DNA of 64,000 bases. Source: Theionarchaea archaeon. Its GTDB lineage: Archaea; Methanobacteriota_B; Thermococci; Methanofastidiosales; SZ-28-30. This document shows, piece after piece, positions 19,483 to 30,684 of the stretch. The stretch covers positions 64,001-128,000 of the forward strand of contig JACVGT010000003.1 of the NCBI GenBank assembly GCA_018992685.1, written 5' to 3'. The position numbers and the translations under genes are program-made. Every line of letters begins with the position of its first letter. Position 1 is the first letter of the stretch. A model generated the notes under the pieces. That model searched no databases and was not told the origin of the DNA. It saw nothing but the letters and a program-made list of their open reading frames with translations.

Positions 19483-20991
19483 ATGAATACACATCTACTG
19501 CAGAGAGTAGAGAAACTTGCAGGAGACGATAGTGCTCTAGAACATGCTGAAAAAGTGCAAGAACAAGTTCTACGCAGTATTCTAAAGGCAAACAGAAATA
19601 CTGTATTCGGCAAGGACCATTCATTCTGTGAGATTGATTCCATAGAGTCTTACCAGAAGAGACTACCTCTGGCTCGTTACGATGACTTCAGACTGTATCT
19701 TGAACTGATGAAGGCCGGTGTCCCACATATCCTTCTAGCAGAGGATTTTCCTCGTTGGGCAGAAACCAGTGGAACGCTCTCTTCTCCAAAGCTGTACCCG
19801 ATTCCCGAGGTCATGGCAGAGCATTTTGGCAGAACCCTGGCCAAGATTGTGGTGAGCTGCGTGGAGGAAGAGCCATCCAGAAAATTCCTCCTGGAAGGCA
19901 AGATGCTCATGGTGGTGGCTGATGTGGCAAGCCGGTATGTAGCAGGCAAACCGGTGGGGTACATTTCAGGTGTGGTATCCCATGATGTACAGCAGCTGCC
20001 AGGGATGGCAGAGGCCTTCACTCCTTCTCAGAAGGTGTTAGCTATGGGAGATTGGGAAGAACGGTGGCTGGAACTGACGAGGCATGCTTCGAGAGAGAAT
20101 GTTACCATGAGCTGTTCCACGCCTCCCATTCTTCTGTCATACTTCAAGAAAGTGATTTCAGAATACCGTCCTCTCCTAGGCCTACCCGACACCATACCAA
20201 CGATCTGGCCCAACCTTGAGCTTATAACAGGAGCAGGGGTAAGAATGTCCCTGTACAGGAAGCAGTACCAGAAGCTTCTGGGAGACCAGGTGTGTTGCCG
20301 GGAGTTCTACTGTGCCACAGAAGGGTTCTTCGCCTATCAGAAAGATGAGAGAGAGGGGCTTACACCTATTCTCAACCATGTGTTCTACGAGTTCATTCCG
20401 CTTGACGAGTGGAACCAGATGGAAGAACCCCACAACTACAAGACTCATCCCCTGACGCGACTTTCCTACACTCGGGTTTCCCTCAACACGGACTACGTGC
20501 TGGCAGTGACTACTCCCGGTGGGCTGTACAGCTACATCATTGGGGATATCGTTCGGTTCATTGGGCCTGACAGACTGTTTTGGGTTGGCCGGCTAGGATG
20601 GGAAAGCAGTGTGGCTGGAGAGAAGTTCAACGAAATGCACATGTCCATGCTGAGGCAGTCAATGGAATCTACGCTGGGTGTTGAGATCACCAACCACATG
20701 GCAGCAGTGAAGGACGACCCTTTGCGGTACGTCTTTGCCTTTGAATTCGAGGAGAGCATTGATGTGAACACAGTCGTTGAGACAGTGGACAGGTCACTAC
20801 GGGAGGTAAATGCCATATATGATGATTTGAGGAAAAAAAATGTACTCAAATGTCCAGATATCGTTGCTCTCCAGAAAGGAACTTTTGATCGCTATATCAA
20901 GCGGAAACAGAAAGAGGAAAAGTCACTTGGGCAGATTAAGCCACCGTTGTTTGCAGATTCCGCCTTGATAGATGAGTTGGCAGAAGACTAG
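19483..20991 (+). CDS. GH3-family acyl-adenylate/amide synthetase-like protein
   Basis: Motifs 'NTVFGKDH-F..I.S...YQ..LP...YDD', P-loop TSGT...K..P, Y-ATEG, GLYSY-IGD-V-F, and GQIKPP at the C-terminus. Confidence 0.88.
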   Translation: MNTHLLQRVEKLAGDDSALEHAEKVQEQVLRSILKANRNTVFGKDHSFCEIDSIESYQKRLPLARYDDFRLYLELMKAGVPHILLAEDFPRWAETSGTLSSPKLYPIPEVMAEHFGRTLAKIVVSCVEEEPSRKFLLEGKMLMVVADVASRYVAGKPVGYISGVVSHDVQQLPGMAEAFTPSQKVLAMGDWEERWLELTRHASRENVTMSCSTPPILLSYFKKVISEYRPLLGLPDTIPTIWPNLELITGAGVRMSLYRKQYQKLLGDQVCCREFYCATEGFFAYQKDEREGLTPILNHVFYEFIPLDEWNQMEEPHNYKTHPLTRLSYTRVSLNTDYVLAVTTPGGLYSYIIGDIVRFIGPDRLFWVGRLGWESSVAGEKFNEMHMSMLRQSMESTLGVEITNHMAAVKDDPLRYVFAFEFEESIDVNTVVETVDRSLREVNAIYDDLRKKNVLKCPDIVALQKGTFDRYIKRKQKEEKSLGQIKPPLFADSALIDELAED

Positions 20992-21017
20992 GTACATCAG
21001 GGGTGGTGAGAAATCTC

Positions 21018-22496
21018 ATGGTTCGATTCCTGCTAGTGAACAGTCACAAGTGGGAACCTCCATCCCCTCCTGCTGCTCTGGATTATGTAGCAGAGCAGTT
21101 GGAGGGTGAGGGTGTTGCCACGGATCTTGTGGATGTAGCCTTTACCAGTGAAGATGATGTGAGAGCCTTGCTTCAGACCACGCACTACGATGGTGCGTGC
21201 ATGACTATCCGCAACCTGGAACGCACCGCCTTTTCTGAGACTCTCCATTTTCCTCTCCCTGCCACGAGGTCCCTCGTCCACTTGATAAAGAGCTACTGCA
21301 AAGGGCCTGTTGTGGTGGGAGGAAATGGATTCTCCATCTTGCCAGAGAGGATTTTGGAGTATGTAGGAGCAGATTACGGCATCTACGGGTGTGGAGAGAC
21401 TTCTCTTCCTTTACTACTCAGGTACATACTCCATGGGGCAGGAAACATATCTGAAATTCCGTATGTGGTCCACCGTGAAGACGGCACAGTGAAGCGCAAC
21501 CCACCTGGACCCTTCAGAAGAGAGCTCCCTGTGGTGAAGAGAGGGCGAGTAGACTATCACATGTATTACAGCCCGGGCCACCAGCACTTTTCTGGATTTG
21601 GAGTCGTTGAGACTAAGAGAGGATGCCCTCACCGGTGCATCTACTGTGTTGAACCCTTCATCAAGGGGAAGCAAGTGCGAGTAAAATCACCTGGTTCTGT
21701 GGCAGCAGAAATTGACTGGTTTCTTGACCAGGGTATCAGCTACTTGTTCATTGCAGACAGTGAGTTCAATGCAGACTACGAAGCTGCAGTGAACCTGGTT
21801 ACCTACCTTAAACAACATGGATATCACCGGAAGATCAGATGGATTGCATATGTGACCCCCACTCTTTTTACAGAGGAACTGGCAGCACTCTTGTCCCAAT
21901 CGGGGGTTCTAAGTCTCATGATAGACTTCGGCCACGTCAACCCGACGATCCTCTCAAACCTTGGGAAGGCCCACACACCTCGGGACATTGAACGTGTCAT
22001 AGCATGGTGTGACGAATATGCCATACCCTTCAGGGGGAGTCTGATGCTGGGAGGTCCTGGGGAAACATATGGCACCATTGAGGAAGCTATAGAATTCTTC
22101 AAGAGGTACTCCTGCAAAGTATTCACGATTTTGGGGATCCGCGTGTTTCCCAATACTCCACTGGGAGAAGCTGTCCAGAGAGAAAGAATTTCAGAAAACC
22201 CACATCTCTGTGGAAAGGTACTCCAGAATGACGATCTCTTGGAGCCAGTCTACTATATTTCTCAGGACCTAGGAGAAAATGTCTTCACGTACTGCGAGAC
22301 CCTCACTGGTGACTCAGAGCAGTTCTATACAGTTACTTCTCCCTTCAGATTGACAAGAATCATGCACGGACCTTTCAGAGGAGTCCATCCTGAATATGAA
22401 CTCTATGGCTGTCCCAAGACCCGCTATCTAACCCGCCTTTCGAGAGATGCAGTTGAAGCTCCGCTTTTTGAGGAAGATGAGGAGAGGTCTTCATGA
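21018..22496 (+). CDS. Cobalamin-binding radical SAM enzyme
   Basis: N-terminal B12-binding domain (IRNL, VVVGG-GFS, G-GE), TKRGCPHRCIYC motif, and LGGPGET. Confidence 0.9.
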   Translation: MVRFLLVNSHKWEPPSPPAALDYVAEQLEGEGVATDLVDVAFTSEDDVRALLQTTHYDGACMTIRNLERTAFSETLHFPLPATRSLVHLIKSYCKGPVVVGGNGFSILPERILEYVGADYGIYGCGETSLPLLLRYILHGAGNISEIPYVVHREDGTVKRNPPGPFRRELPVVKRGRVDYHMYYSPGHQHFSGFGVVETKRGCPHRCIYCVEPFIKGKQVRVKSPGSVAAEIDWFLDQGISYLFIADSEFNADYEAAVNLVTYLKQHGYHRKIRWIAYVTPTLFTEELAALLSQSGVLSLMIDFGHVNPTILSNLGKAHTPRDIERVIAWCDEYAIPFRGSLMLGGPGETYGTIEEAIEFFKRYSCKVFTILGIRVFPNTPLGEAVQRERISENPHLCGKVLQNDDLLEPVYYISQDLGENVFTYCETLTGDSEQFYTVTSPFRLTRIMHGPFRGVHPEYELYGCPKTRYLTRLSRDAVEAPLFEEDEERSS

Positions 22497-22655
22497 ACGA
22501 AATGTCTTTGAAAAATCTCCTTTGATGCTCTGGAGTGTGGCGTCAGGTGTTGGTCTTTCTGCCTGACATGGGAGTCACTACGTGCAACACCCAGCATTGC
22601 CTAGATATTTCTTCACGGGGATCCACAATATGATACTGTTGATCTCCCTACGTCT

Positions 22656-23351
22656 CTAGTGACCTGTAGCCTTTCCCAGGGTCATTCCGTAAAGCAGTAC
22701 CAGAAAAGCGATGATACACAGTGTATAGAATATCCAATCGAAGGCAGTACCGAAGTAGAAGGACCCGATTCCATTGGCCAGGCTATAGGTTAACCAGGCC
22801 GCTGCCACAAGAAGGACGCTGATTCTCCGGGGATTGTCGGGTTCGAGCCGCAACCAGATGTAGAAGAAAATCACAGCCACTAAGGATAGTATGGGAAAAA
22901 TGAATCCCGTGGCCACTACCACGAATACGTTTTTGAGAATAGCCTCTGTGGAAAGCGTGAAGGGAAAACACAGGATGACTGCCAGCATAACCACAAAAAG
23001 CAGGATGCTGAAGGGTTTGCGCATGAATGAGTGCGCCTTGAAGTACAGGAGAGATGTGCCGTAATACAAGAGGGCAAGGGACAAAGCAGCCAGAAAGGCA
23101 CCCAAGAGGGCAAAGTACATGTTAGTAGTGGGATCATCAAAGTAGCGCATGGAGAGAATGGGAATCTGCGACAGACCAAAAAAGGAAAATCCAGTTCCCA
23201 GTATCAATGGAACTTCCGATTTCTTCTGAGAGTAAATCCTGAAAAAATACACTGCCAGCAAGAATTTCACACCAATGCTTACAAGGGTACTGGTCCATCT
23301 CAGAATCTCCAAAGTAAGGATTATGATCACCTCTTCTCCCCCTTTTTCCAC
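22656..23351 (-). CDS. Hypothetical ~7-TM membrane protein
   Basis: 231-aa ORF consisting almost wholly of hydrophobic helices. Start uncertain. Confidence 0.7.
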   Translation of the reverse strand: MEKGGEEVIIILTLEILRWTSTLVSIGVKFLLAVYFFRIYSQKKSEVPLILGTGFSFFGLSQIPILSMRYFDDPTTNMYFALLGAFLAALSLALLYYGTSLLYFKAHSFMRKPFSILLFVVMLAVILCFPFTLSTEAILKNVFVVVATGFIFPILSLVAVIFFYIWLRLEPDNPRRISVLLVAAAWLTYSLANGIGSFYFGTAFDWIFYTLCIIAFLVLLYGMTLGKATGH

Positions 23352-23544
23352 CCATTTTACTTAAATAGTTTTCGGTTGAGGCTGCAAGATGTTGTTTTGA
23401 CTCGAACCAAGGATAGAGGAGAATTCTCATGAACACATGTTGAAACGTACGTGATCTTGCTCATGGGATAATCACGCCCATATGTGGGAATCAGGAGAAG
23501 GTTCGTAGAAACCTTTTTTAGGTTCTCCTTTGTCCTGAGGGGAC

Positions 23545-24303
23545 ATGATTGACTATCACATTCATTCCACGTTTTCCATCGATGGAAGATCACATGCCAG
23601 AGACTATCTGTTCTCAGCCATGGTCCTCGATCTCGAGGAAATTGGCTTCTCAGAACACGTGGATCTGGATCCCACGTTGGGAGGATTCAACTACCTGGAC
23701 TACCCCGGGTATGAAGAAGCTCTTGAACACCTGAAGGTTGAATCCCCTGTGGTCATCAGGCGCGGAATAGAGGTCAGTCACCAGAAGCATCTGGAACCAT
23801 CGATCCGGGACTACATATCCTCTACATCATGTGACTATGTGATAGGATCTGTTCATGAAGTGGATGGCGTGACAATGGATGACACTTTTCTAGACCATTC
23901 AACTCCTCACTCTTATTTTGAAGCAGTCCAATCGATGGCAGCTTCTGGTCTGGTGGATGTGGTGGGCCACCTTGAGTATTTCAAGAGGTGGGGAGGTAAC
24001 TACTCTTCTTCAGACTGTAAATCAGTCATTTTGCCCGTATTGCAGACGATTGTTGAGAAGAGCCTGGTCCTGGAGATCAATACTTCCGGGCTGCGCCATC
24101 CTGTGTGTGACACCTACCCGTCTCTCAACGTCCTGAAGTGGTACAGGGACCTTGGAGGGATCCTCATAACACTGGGGTCTGATGCCCATGAAGCTTCCCA
24201 GGTTGCATTCCAATTCGAACCTGTGCTTCTCCAGCTCAAGGAAATTGGGTTTAGTCATCTCGTCACCTTTGACCACAGAACCCGTAGCTATCACCGTTTT
24301 TGA
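23545..24303 (+). CDS. PHP-family histidinol-phosphatase (HisJ/HisK-like)
   Basis: Motifs DYHIHS-FS-DG, GFSEH, GSVH, GH, EINTSGLR and GSDAH. Confidence 0.9.
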   Translation: MIDYHIHSTFSIDGRSHARDYLFSAMVLDLEEIGFSEHVDLDPTLGGFNYLDYPGYEEALEHLKVESPVVIRRGIEVSHQKHLEPSIRDYISSTSCDYVIGSVHEVDGVTMDDTFLDHSTPHSYFEAVQSMAASGLVDVVGHLEYFKRWGGNYSSSDCKSVILPVLQTIVEKSLVLEINTSGLRHPVCDTYPSLNVLKWYRDLGGILITLGSDAHEASQVAFQFEPVLLQLKEIGFSHLVTFDHRTRSYHRF

Positions 24304-24383
24304 TTCCAGGACTCTCACTTCCACTCCTGCTTTTCTATCCCCACTACCGAAAAGTTTATATTATGCAACATTGATTAATAACT

Positions 24384-25088
24384 ATGATTAAAGCTTTCGC
24401 CATCACCATGTTAATAGCAATAATGGGAAGCTCGATCTCGGAATTCAGTCTTTCTCCACATGATGAGTTCAGACTGCATTTCCAGCATGATTACGTGTTC
24501 AGTATAGAAGAATGCGGTGCCCAGTGTATTACCTTGACCGTTTCTCAGATGACTGATGGAATCCCCACATGGACGGGTCAGTTGTTTGACCTCCAGGAGA
24601 AAAAGAGTTATCCACTGCAGATGGAATTTGAGGACGTTCAATTCGAGTCTGTCTATGTAGTGTCCATTGATGCAGTAAGTGTCTTGAGGATCAGCTATCG
24701 GGAACCTGTGGTCACACAGTCTCAGGAGCGGCTGGTGAAAGCTTCCTCTGAGAAGGAGACAATGAGAACCGCCTCGTGGGTGATCATTCTTGAGCTGAGT
24801 GCGGTAGTTTTTTTGGTTTTCTTGGCGGCCTACCGCATCCTGCACAAAGACAAGAGCAGGTCACCTGAGGAGGAAGGTGAATTTACCGGGAGCCCACACT
24901 TGCCTCGTCCTGTTCTAGGATTTCATGACGAGTGGCAGCCGGGAATCCCACGTTGTGAAGAGGAAGACTCAGATCTAGAACTGCTTCAGCGCATCAGGGA
25001 ACTGGAGAACCTCAAAGAAATGGAGATGCAGCGCAGAATGAGGAGAAGGCAGGAAGAAGCAGAAAACATGGGACTGGACTGGATCTAA
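24384..25088 (+). CDS. Hypothetical secreted/single-pass membrane protein
   Basis: Signal-like N-terminus, internal TM, charged tail. Leaderless start behind BRE/TATA at 24347-24360. Confidence 0.7.
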   Translation: MIKAFAITMLIAIMGSSISEFSLSPHDEFRLHFQHDYVFSIEECGAQCITLTVSQMTDGIPTWTGQLFDLQEKKSYPLQMEFEDVQFESVYVVSIDAVSVLRISYREPVVTQSQERLVKASSEKETMRTASWVIILELSAVVFLVFLAAYRILHKDKSRSPEEEGEFTGSPHLPRPVLGFHDEWQPGIPRCEEEDSDLELLQRIRELENLKEMEMQRRMRRRQEEAENMGLDWI

Positions 25089-25091
25089 CAA

Positions 25092-25697
25092 TCAGATACA
25101 GACAGATTCTTTTTCCAGGAATCCCATTTCTTTCTCCGAGAAAGCTTCGGGATCCACGGGAATGAGTATAATCCCCCCGTGACGGGAGATGACTTCACGG
25201 ATGATGTAGAGCTGTTTGAGAACTGGTTCGAATTTGTTGTGGACGATGAGGTATTCCAGTCCATCCAGCAGGATGACGGGGTCCTTCTGGTCAAATACGG
25301 CTTCACTGATTATGTAGGACAGCTTGTGCAGCTGCGTTGGGTACAGGACATTCTCATCTTCTTTTTGACTCAGCCACAGAGTGGGGGCCTCACACAGGTT
25401 GTAGACAGTTCTTATTCGAGGAGGGCTCATCCGGGTTATGATAAGACCGGTGGCATTCTTACTGAACCAGTCTGCAAAAAGTGAATAGGAGCGTCCCACA
25501 TCTCTTCCTTTTACCAGATACATGGTTCCTTTTTCCAGATGCGGTCGTTCTGAAGGTACTTCTGTGGGCTGGGCAAAAAATCGGGTCAACTTGAAAGCAG
25601 CGAGAGCAAGAAGGGCCAGTACTGCAGTGTGTAGCCCTGAGTACTGAACCATGCTTTGAATTACTACCCTTGTCTCAGCCTGTATCACGAGCACCAT
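25092..25697 (-). CDS. DUF835-domain protein (inactive KaiC-like fold) with N-terminal TM
   Basis: Motifs GLIITR-P, LWLS, P-QL-KL and ILLDGLEYL-HN-F. SD GGAGG overlaps the gyrB stop. Confidence 0.85.
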   Translation of the reverse strand: MVLVIQAETRVVIQSMVQYSGLHTAVLALLALAAFKLTRFFAQPTEVPSERPHLEKGTMYLVKGRDVGRSYSLFADWFSKNATGLIITRMSPPRIRTVYNLCEAPTLWLSQKEDENVLYPTQLHKLSYIISEAVFDQKDPVILLDGLEYLIVHNKFEPVLKQLYIIREVISRHGGIILIPVDPEAFSEKEMGFLEKESVCI

Positions 25698-25707
25698 GCT
25701 TTTCCTC

Positions 25708-27672
<1,965 letters not shown>

Positions 27673-27759
27673 CTACAAAGGGATACCATTCCGCATGAGG
27701 TATCTCTTTTCCTCAGCGGATGAAAAGACTGCTTCAGTCATGAGAAAAGAGAATACAGA

Positions 27760-28329
27760 TCAGCTTACAACTTTGGCTTTGACAATTTCAACTCTTCTCA
27801 AAGGATACACACTCTTTGCAGCTCTGAAAGCATCAGAAGCCACTTTGCTGAGGAATAGCTCCTGTACGAATTGCTCAAGCGTCAAATTCGAAGCAGATTC
27901 TGAAATTGCTTGACTGATCGCCTTTCGCAAAGCCGCTTCCTGCTGGTTGGTGGTAGTCCGGTAGCACAGCCCTGCCGCAGTGACCCGTACCTTCTTTCCA
28001 TCTTTCGTGGCAATGTCGGTGATGGCCTCTACTTTCGTGTTCCGTCTCCTAATCTGAGCCCTCATGTACGAGCGAGAAACCTCGTGACGCAGAAACTCGG
28101 TATGAGCTTCATTGCCCTGCACCTCGTTTATCTTGAAACAGAGTTTGAGGTGACTTTTCTTGAAGTCTCCACTGAGTTCCTTTCCACTGACATCCACAGT
28201 TCTTCCAATGAGTTTCTTGGGGTCATCTGTAGGAGTCTCCCCCACATGCTGCTTTCCGAACATGGAGGGAGCATAGATGCCATACCATTCTTTTGCTTTC
28301 CATGGGTCTTTCTTTCGAAGTTTTGCCAT
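27760..28329 (-). CDS. rps3ae: 30S ribosomal protein S3Ae (eS1)
   Basis: Motifs DPWKAKEWY..YAP, IGR-V, TKDG and YPLRRVEI. Confidence 0.95.
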   Translation of the reverse strand: MAKLRKKDPWKAKEWYGIYAPSMFGKQHVGETPTDDPKKLIGRTVDVSGKELSGDFKKSHLKLCFKINEVQGNEAHTEFLRHEVSRSYMRAQIRRRNTKVEAITDIATKDGKKVRVTAAGLCYRTTTNQQEAALRKAISQAISESASNLTLEQFVQELFLSKVASDAFRAAKSVYPLRRVEIVKAKVVS

Positions 28330-28598
28330 CAAATCACCTTGATAGAGCACACGAGAAATTTCCCCCTTATAAGGTTAATCCTCGGTGATCATCATAGTAC
28401 AAGATGACACAGACTCTTATTGGCTCGTTTTAAAGGTTTCCCTCATGAGACGTCAATATGAATAAGGGCAGCTCTTTTCAGAGGGTCAAGCTGGGGATAG
28501 GTTAAAAAGCGTTGGGCGTGAGCTGCAATCACGGAAGAATCTGAGACCTTTGAATCACTGTCTCAGAAAGGTTACAGCAAGAAGGGAGAGCGATCTCA

Positions 28599-29645
28599 AT
28601 GTTACCTTCAGAAACCATAGGACACATTGCAGTAAACGTGCCAAAGGTGGAACTTCATCTTCATCTAGAAGGGGCCATTCCTTTGGAAACACTGTTCCAC
28701 CTCATTCAGAAAAAGGGAGAACCTTCTATTGAAAATATTGACGATCTGCAAAGAAAACTGACGTACACTGACTTCGATCACTTTATTGACACATGGATCT
28801 GGAAGAACACCTTTATTACGGAGGAAAGAGACTTTGAGTGGATTACGTACGATGTACTGCGTAGTCTTACTTACCATCATGTGAAGTATGTGGAGGCCTT
28901 CTATTCACCGAGTGATTATTTTGGACAGGGATTTTCCACACAAAAGATTACCGAGTACGTTATCAAGGGCAAAGAAAGGGCCTACCGTGAATGTGGTATT
29001 CAGTGTGAACTGATCCTGGATGTTGTCCGGGGGAACAGTCTGGATTTGTGCATGCAGCAAGTTGAGGATGTGGAACCGTACCTGGGAAAGGGTGTGATTG
29101 GCATTGGACTTGGAGGAAGAGAGCAGAAATACCCTGCAGACACGTACAGCCTGGTATACAGGCAGGCCAAACAGAAAGGGTTCAGAGTTACAGCACATGC
29201 GGGAGAAGCAGATGGTCCTAAATCCATCTGGGCAGCCATCAGGGCATTGGGCTGTGAACGCATAGGGCACGGCGTGAGAGCCTTTGAAGATCCTGAACTG
29301 GTGCGTCTGCTCAGGGAGAAGAACCTCCCCCTGGAAATGTGCGTGATCAGCAATGTCCGAACAGGAGTTATTCCTTCTGTTGAAGCCCATCCCATTACAG
29401 AGTACTTCAGAAAAGGATTGCTGGTTACTGTCAATTCTGATGATCCCACCATGTTCAACACCACGGTGAGCAGAGAGTACAGCGTGCTGGCAGAGCAATT
29501 GGGATTTTCTTTGGAGGACCTGAAACGTATTAGTTTCAATGGGATTACTGCTTCTTTCTTGCCTGAAAAGGATAAAGAATCATTGAAATGTTCTTTCGAG
29601 AAGGAGTGGGATGCCGTACTGGATACGTTCGTGCAGCACAGTTAG
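28599..29645 (+). CDS. add: Adenosine/adenine deaminase (amidohydrolase)
   Basis: Motifs PKVELHLHLEG, TAHAGE, ERIGHG, SN and NSDDP. Confidence 0.92.
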   Translation: MLPSETIGHIAVNVPKVELHLHLEGAIPLETLFHLIQKKGEPSIENIDDLQRKLTYTDFDHFIDTWIWKNTFITEERDFEWITYDVLRSLTYHHVKYVEAFYSPSDYFGQGFSTQKITEYVIKGKERAYRECGIQCELILDVVRGNSLDLCMQQVEDVEPYLGKGVIGIGLGGREQKYPADTYSLVYRQAKQKGFRVTAHAGEADGPKSIWAAIRALGCERIGHGVRAFEDPELVRLLREKNLPLEMCVISNVRTGVIPSVEAHPITEYFRKGLLVTVNSDDPTMFNTTVSREYSVLAEQLGFSLEDLKRISFNGITASFLPEKDKESLKCSFEKEWDAVLDTFVQHS

Positions 29646-29693
29646 CCTTTGAAAGAGCGACAACATTTTTAAACCAGCAGGAAGATTTGAACC

Positions 29694-30230
29694 ATGGTGC
29701 ACTTCATCACATCCAATGCCCACAAATTTGCTGAAGTAAAGAAGCTGACAGACATTCCTCTGGTCCAGATGAATCTCCCCTATCCTGAGATCCAGGCAGA
29801 TACTCTCCAGGAAGTCGCGGAATATGGTGCTGAATATTGCTATGAACGAGTAGGAGAACCGTGCTTTGTGGAGGATTCAGGGCTATTCTGTGATGCGCTC
29901 CTGGGATTTCCGGGACCATACTCCAACTATGTGGATCGGACTCTTGGATGTGATGGGATCTTGCGCTTGGTTTCCCAGAATAGGAAAGCACACTTCACTT
30001 CTGTAATTGCCTACCATGACGGTTCAAAGGTCAACCTTTTTATGGGCGAGGTCGGAGGTACCCTCACAGAAACCAAAAAAGGCGAAAAAGGCTTCGGGTT
30101 TGACCCTATATTTGTCCCCGAAGGTGAAACCAGAACCTTTGCTGAAATGGAGACTGAAGAGAAAAACTTATATTCCCATAGAGGAAAAGCGTTTACAGCG
30201 TTTATTAGCTATTTGAATCAGGTGAGATAA
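29694..30230 (+). CDS. rdgB: XTP/dITP diphosphatase (RdgB/HAM1)
   Basis: Motifs [25 protein letters not shown] and SHRG. Confidence 0.95.
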   Translation: MVHFITSNAHKFAEVKKLTDIPLVQMNLPYPEIQADTLQEVAEYGAEYCYERVGEPCFVEDSGLFCDALLGFPGPYSNYVDRTLGCDGILRLVSQNRKAHFTSVIAYHDGSKVNLFMGEVGGTLTETKKGEKGFGFDPIFVPEGETRTFAEMETEEKNLYSHRGKAFTAFISYLNQVR

Positions 30231-30682
30231 TGGCAAAAATGCATTCAAAGAAAAGAGGAAAATCACGATCAAAACGTCCCCTGCGGACTGCTTCCCCCAC
30301 GTGGTCAGAGTACTCCAGAGAAGAGGTCACCGATCTCGTCCTGAGATACAGGAAGGAGGAGTTTTCACCGAGCACGATCGGGGTTGTGCTGCGCGATCGG
30401 CACGGCATTCCTTCTGTAAGACTGGCAACGGGGAAGAAAATCACCAAGATTTTGGAGGAACAAGATGAGGCTCCCAGTCTTCCTGAAGACTTGATGAATT
30501 TGATGAGGCAGGCTGTAAACCTGCGCAAACACATGGAAGAACATCCCGGAGACTTACATTCCAGGAGGGGGCTGCAGCTGTGTGAGTCCAAGATCAGACG
30601 TCTGGTCAAGTACTATCGCGGAAAGAAGCTCCCTGCAGACTGGAGGTATGAACCCGAAAGGGCCGAGCTTCTGGTGAGATAG
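30230..30682 (+). CDS. rps15: 30S ribosomal protein S15 (uS15)
   Basis: Motifs MHS--RG-S-S-RP, IG--LRD-HG, LPEDL and [11 protein letters not shown]. Confidence 0.97.
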   Translation: MAKMHSKKRGKSRSKRPLRTASPTWSEYSREEVTDLVLRYRKEEFSPSTIGVVLRDRHGIPSVRLATGKKITKILEEQDEAPSLPEDLMNLMRQAVNLRKHMEEHPGDLHSRRGLQLCESKIRRLVKYYRGKKLPADWRYEPERAELLVR

Positions 30683-30684
30683 AC

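Noticed and set aside
22493-22633. ORF after the radical SAM gene (MNEMSLKNLL-TGA-CSG...) as a selenopeptide or precursor
   Set aside because: It stops after 10 codons, there is no recognisable SECIS or Sec machinery in the window, and the read-through product is uninformative. The same applies to MNTC-TGA at 23429.
28540-28567. 8-bp hairpin in the adenosine deaminase leader as a purine riboswitch
   Set aside because: It is a single hairpin without the three-way junction or conserved purine-riboswitch nucleotides.
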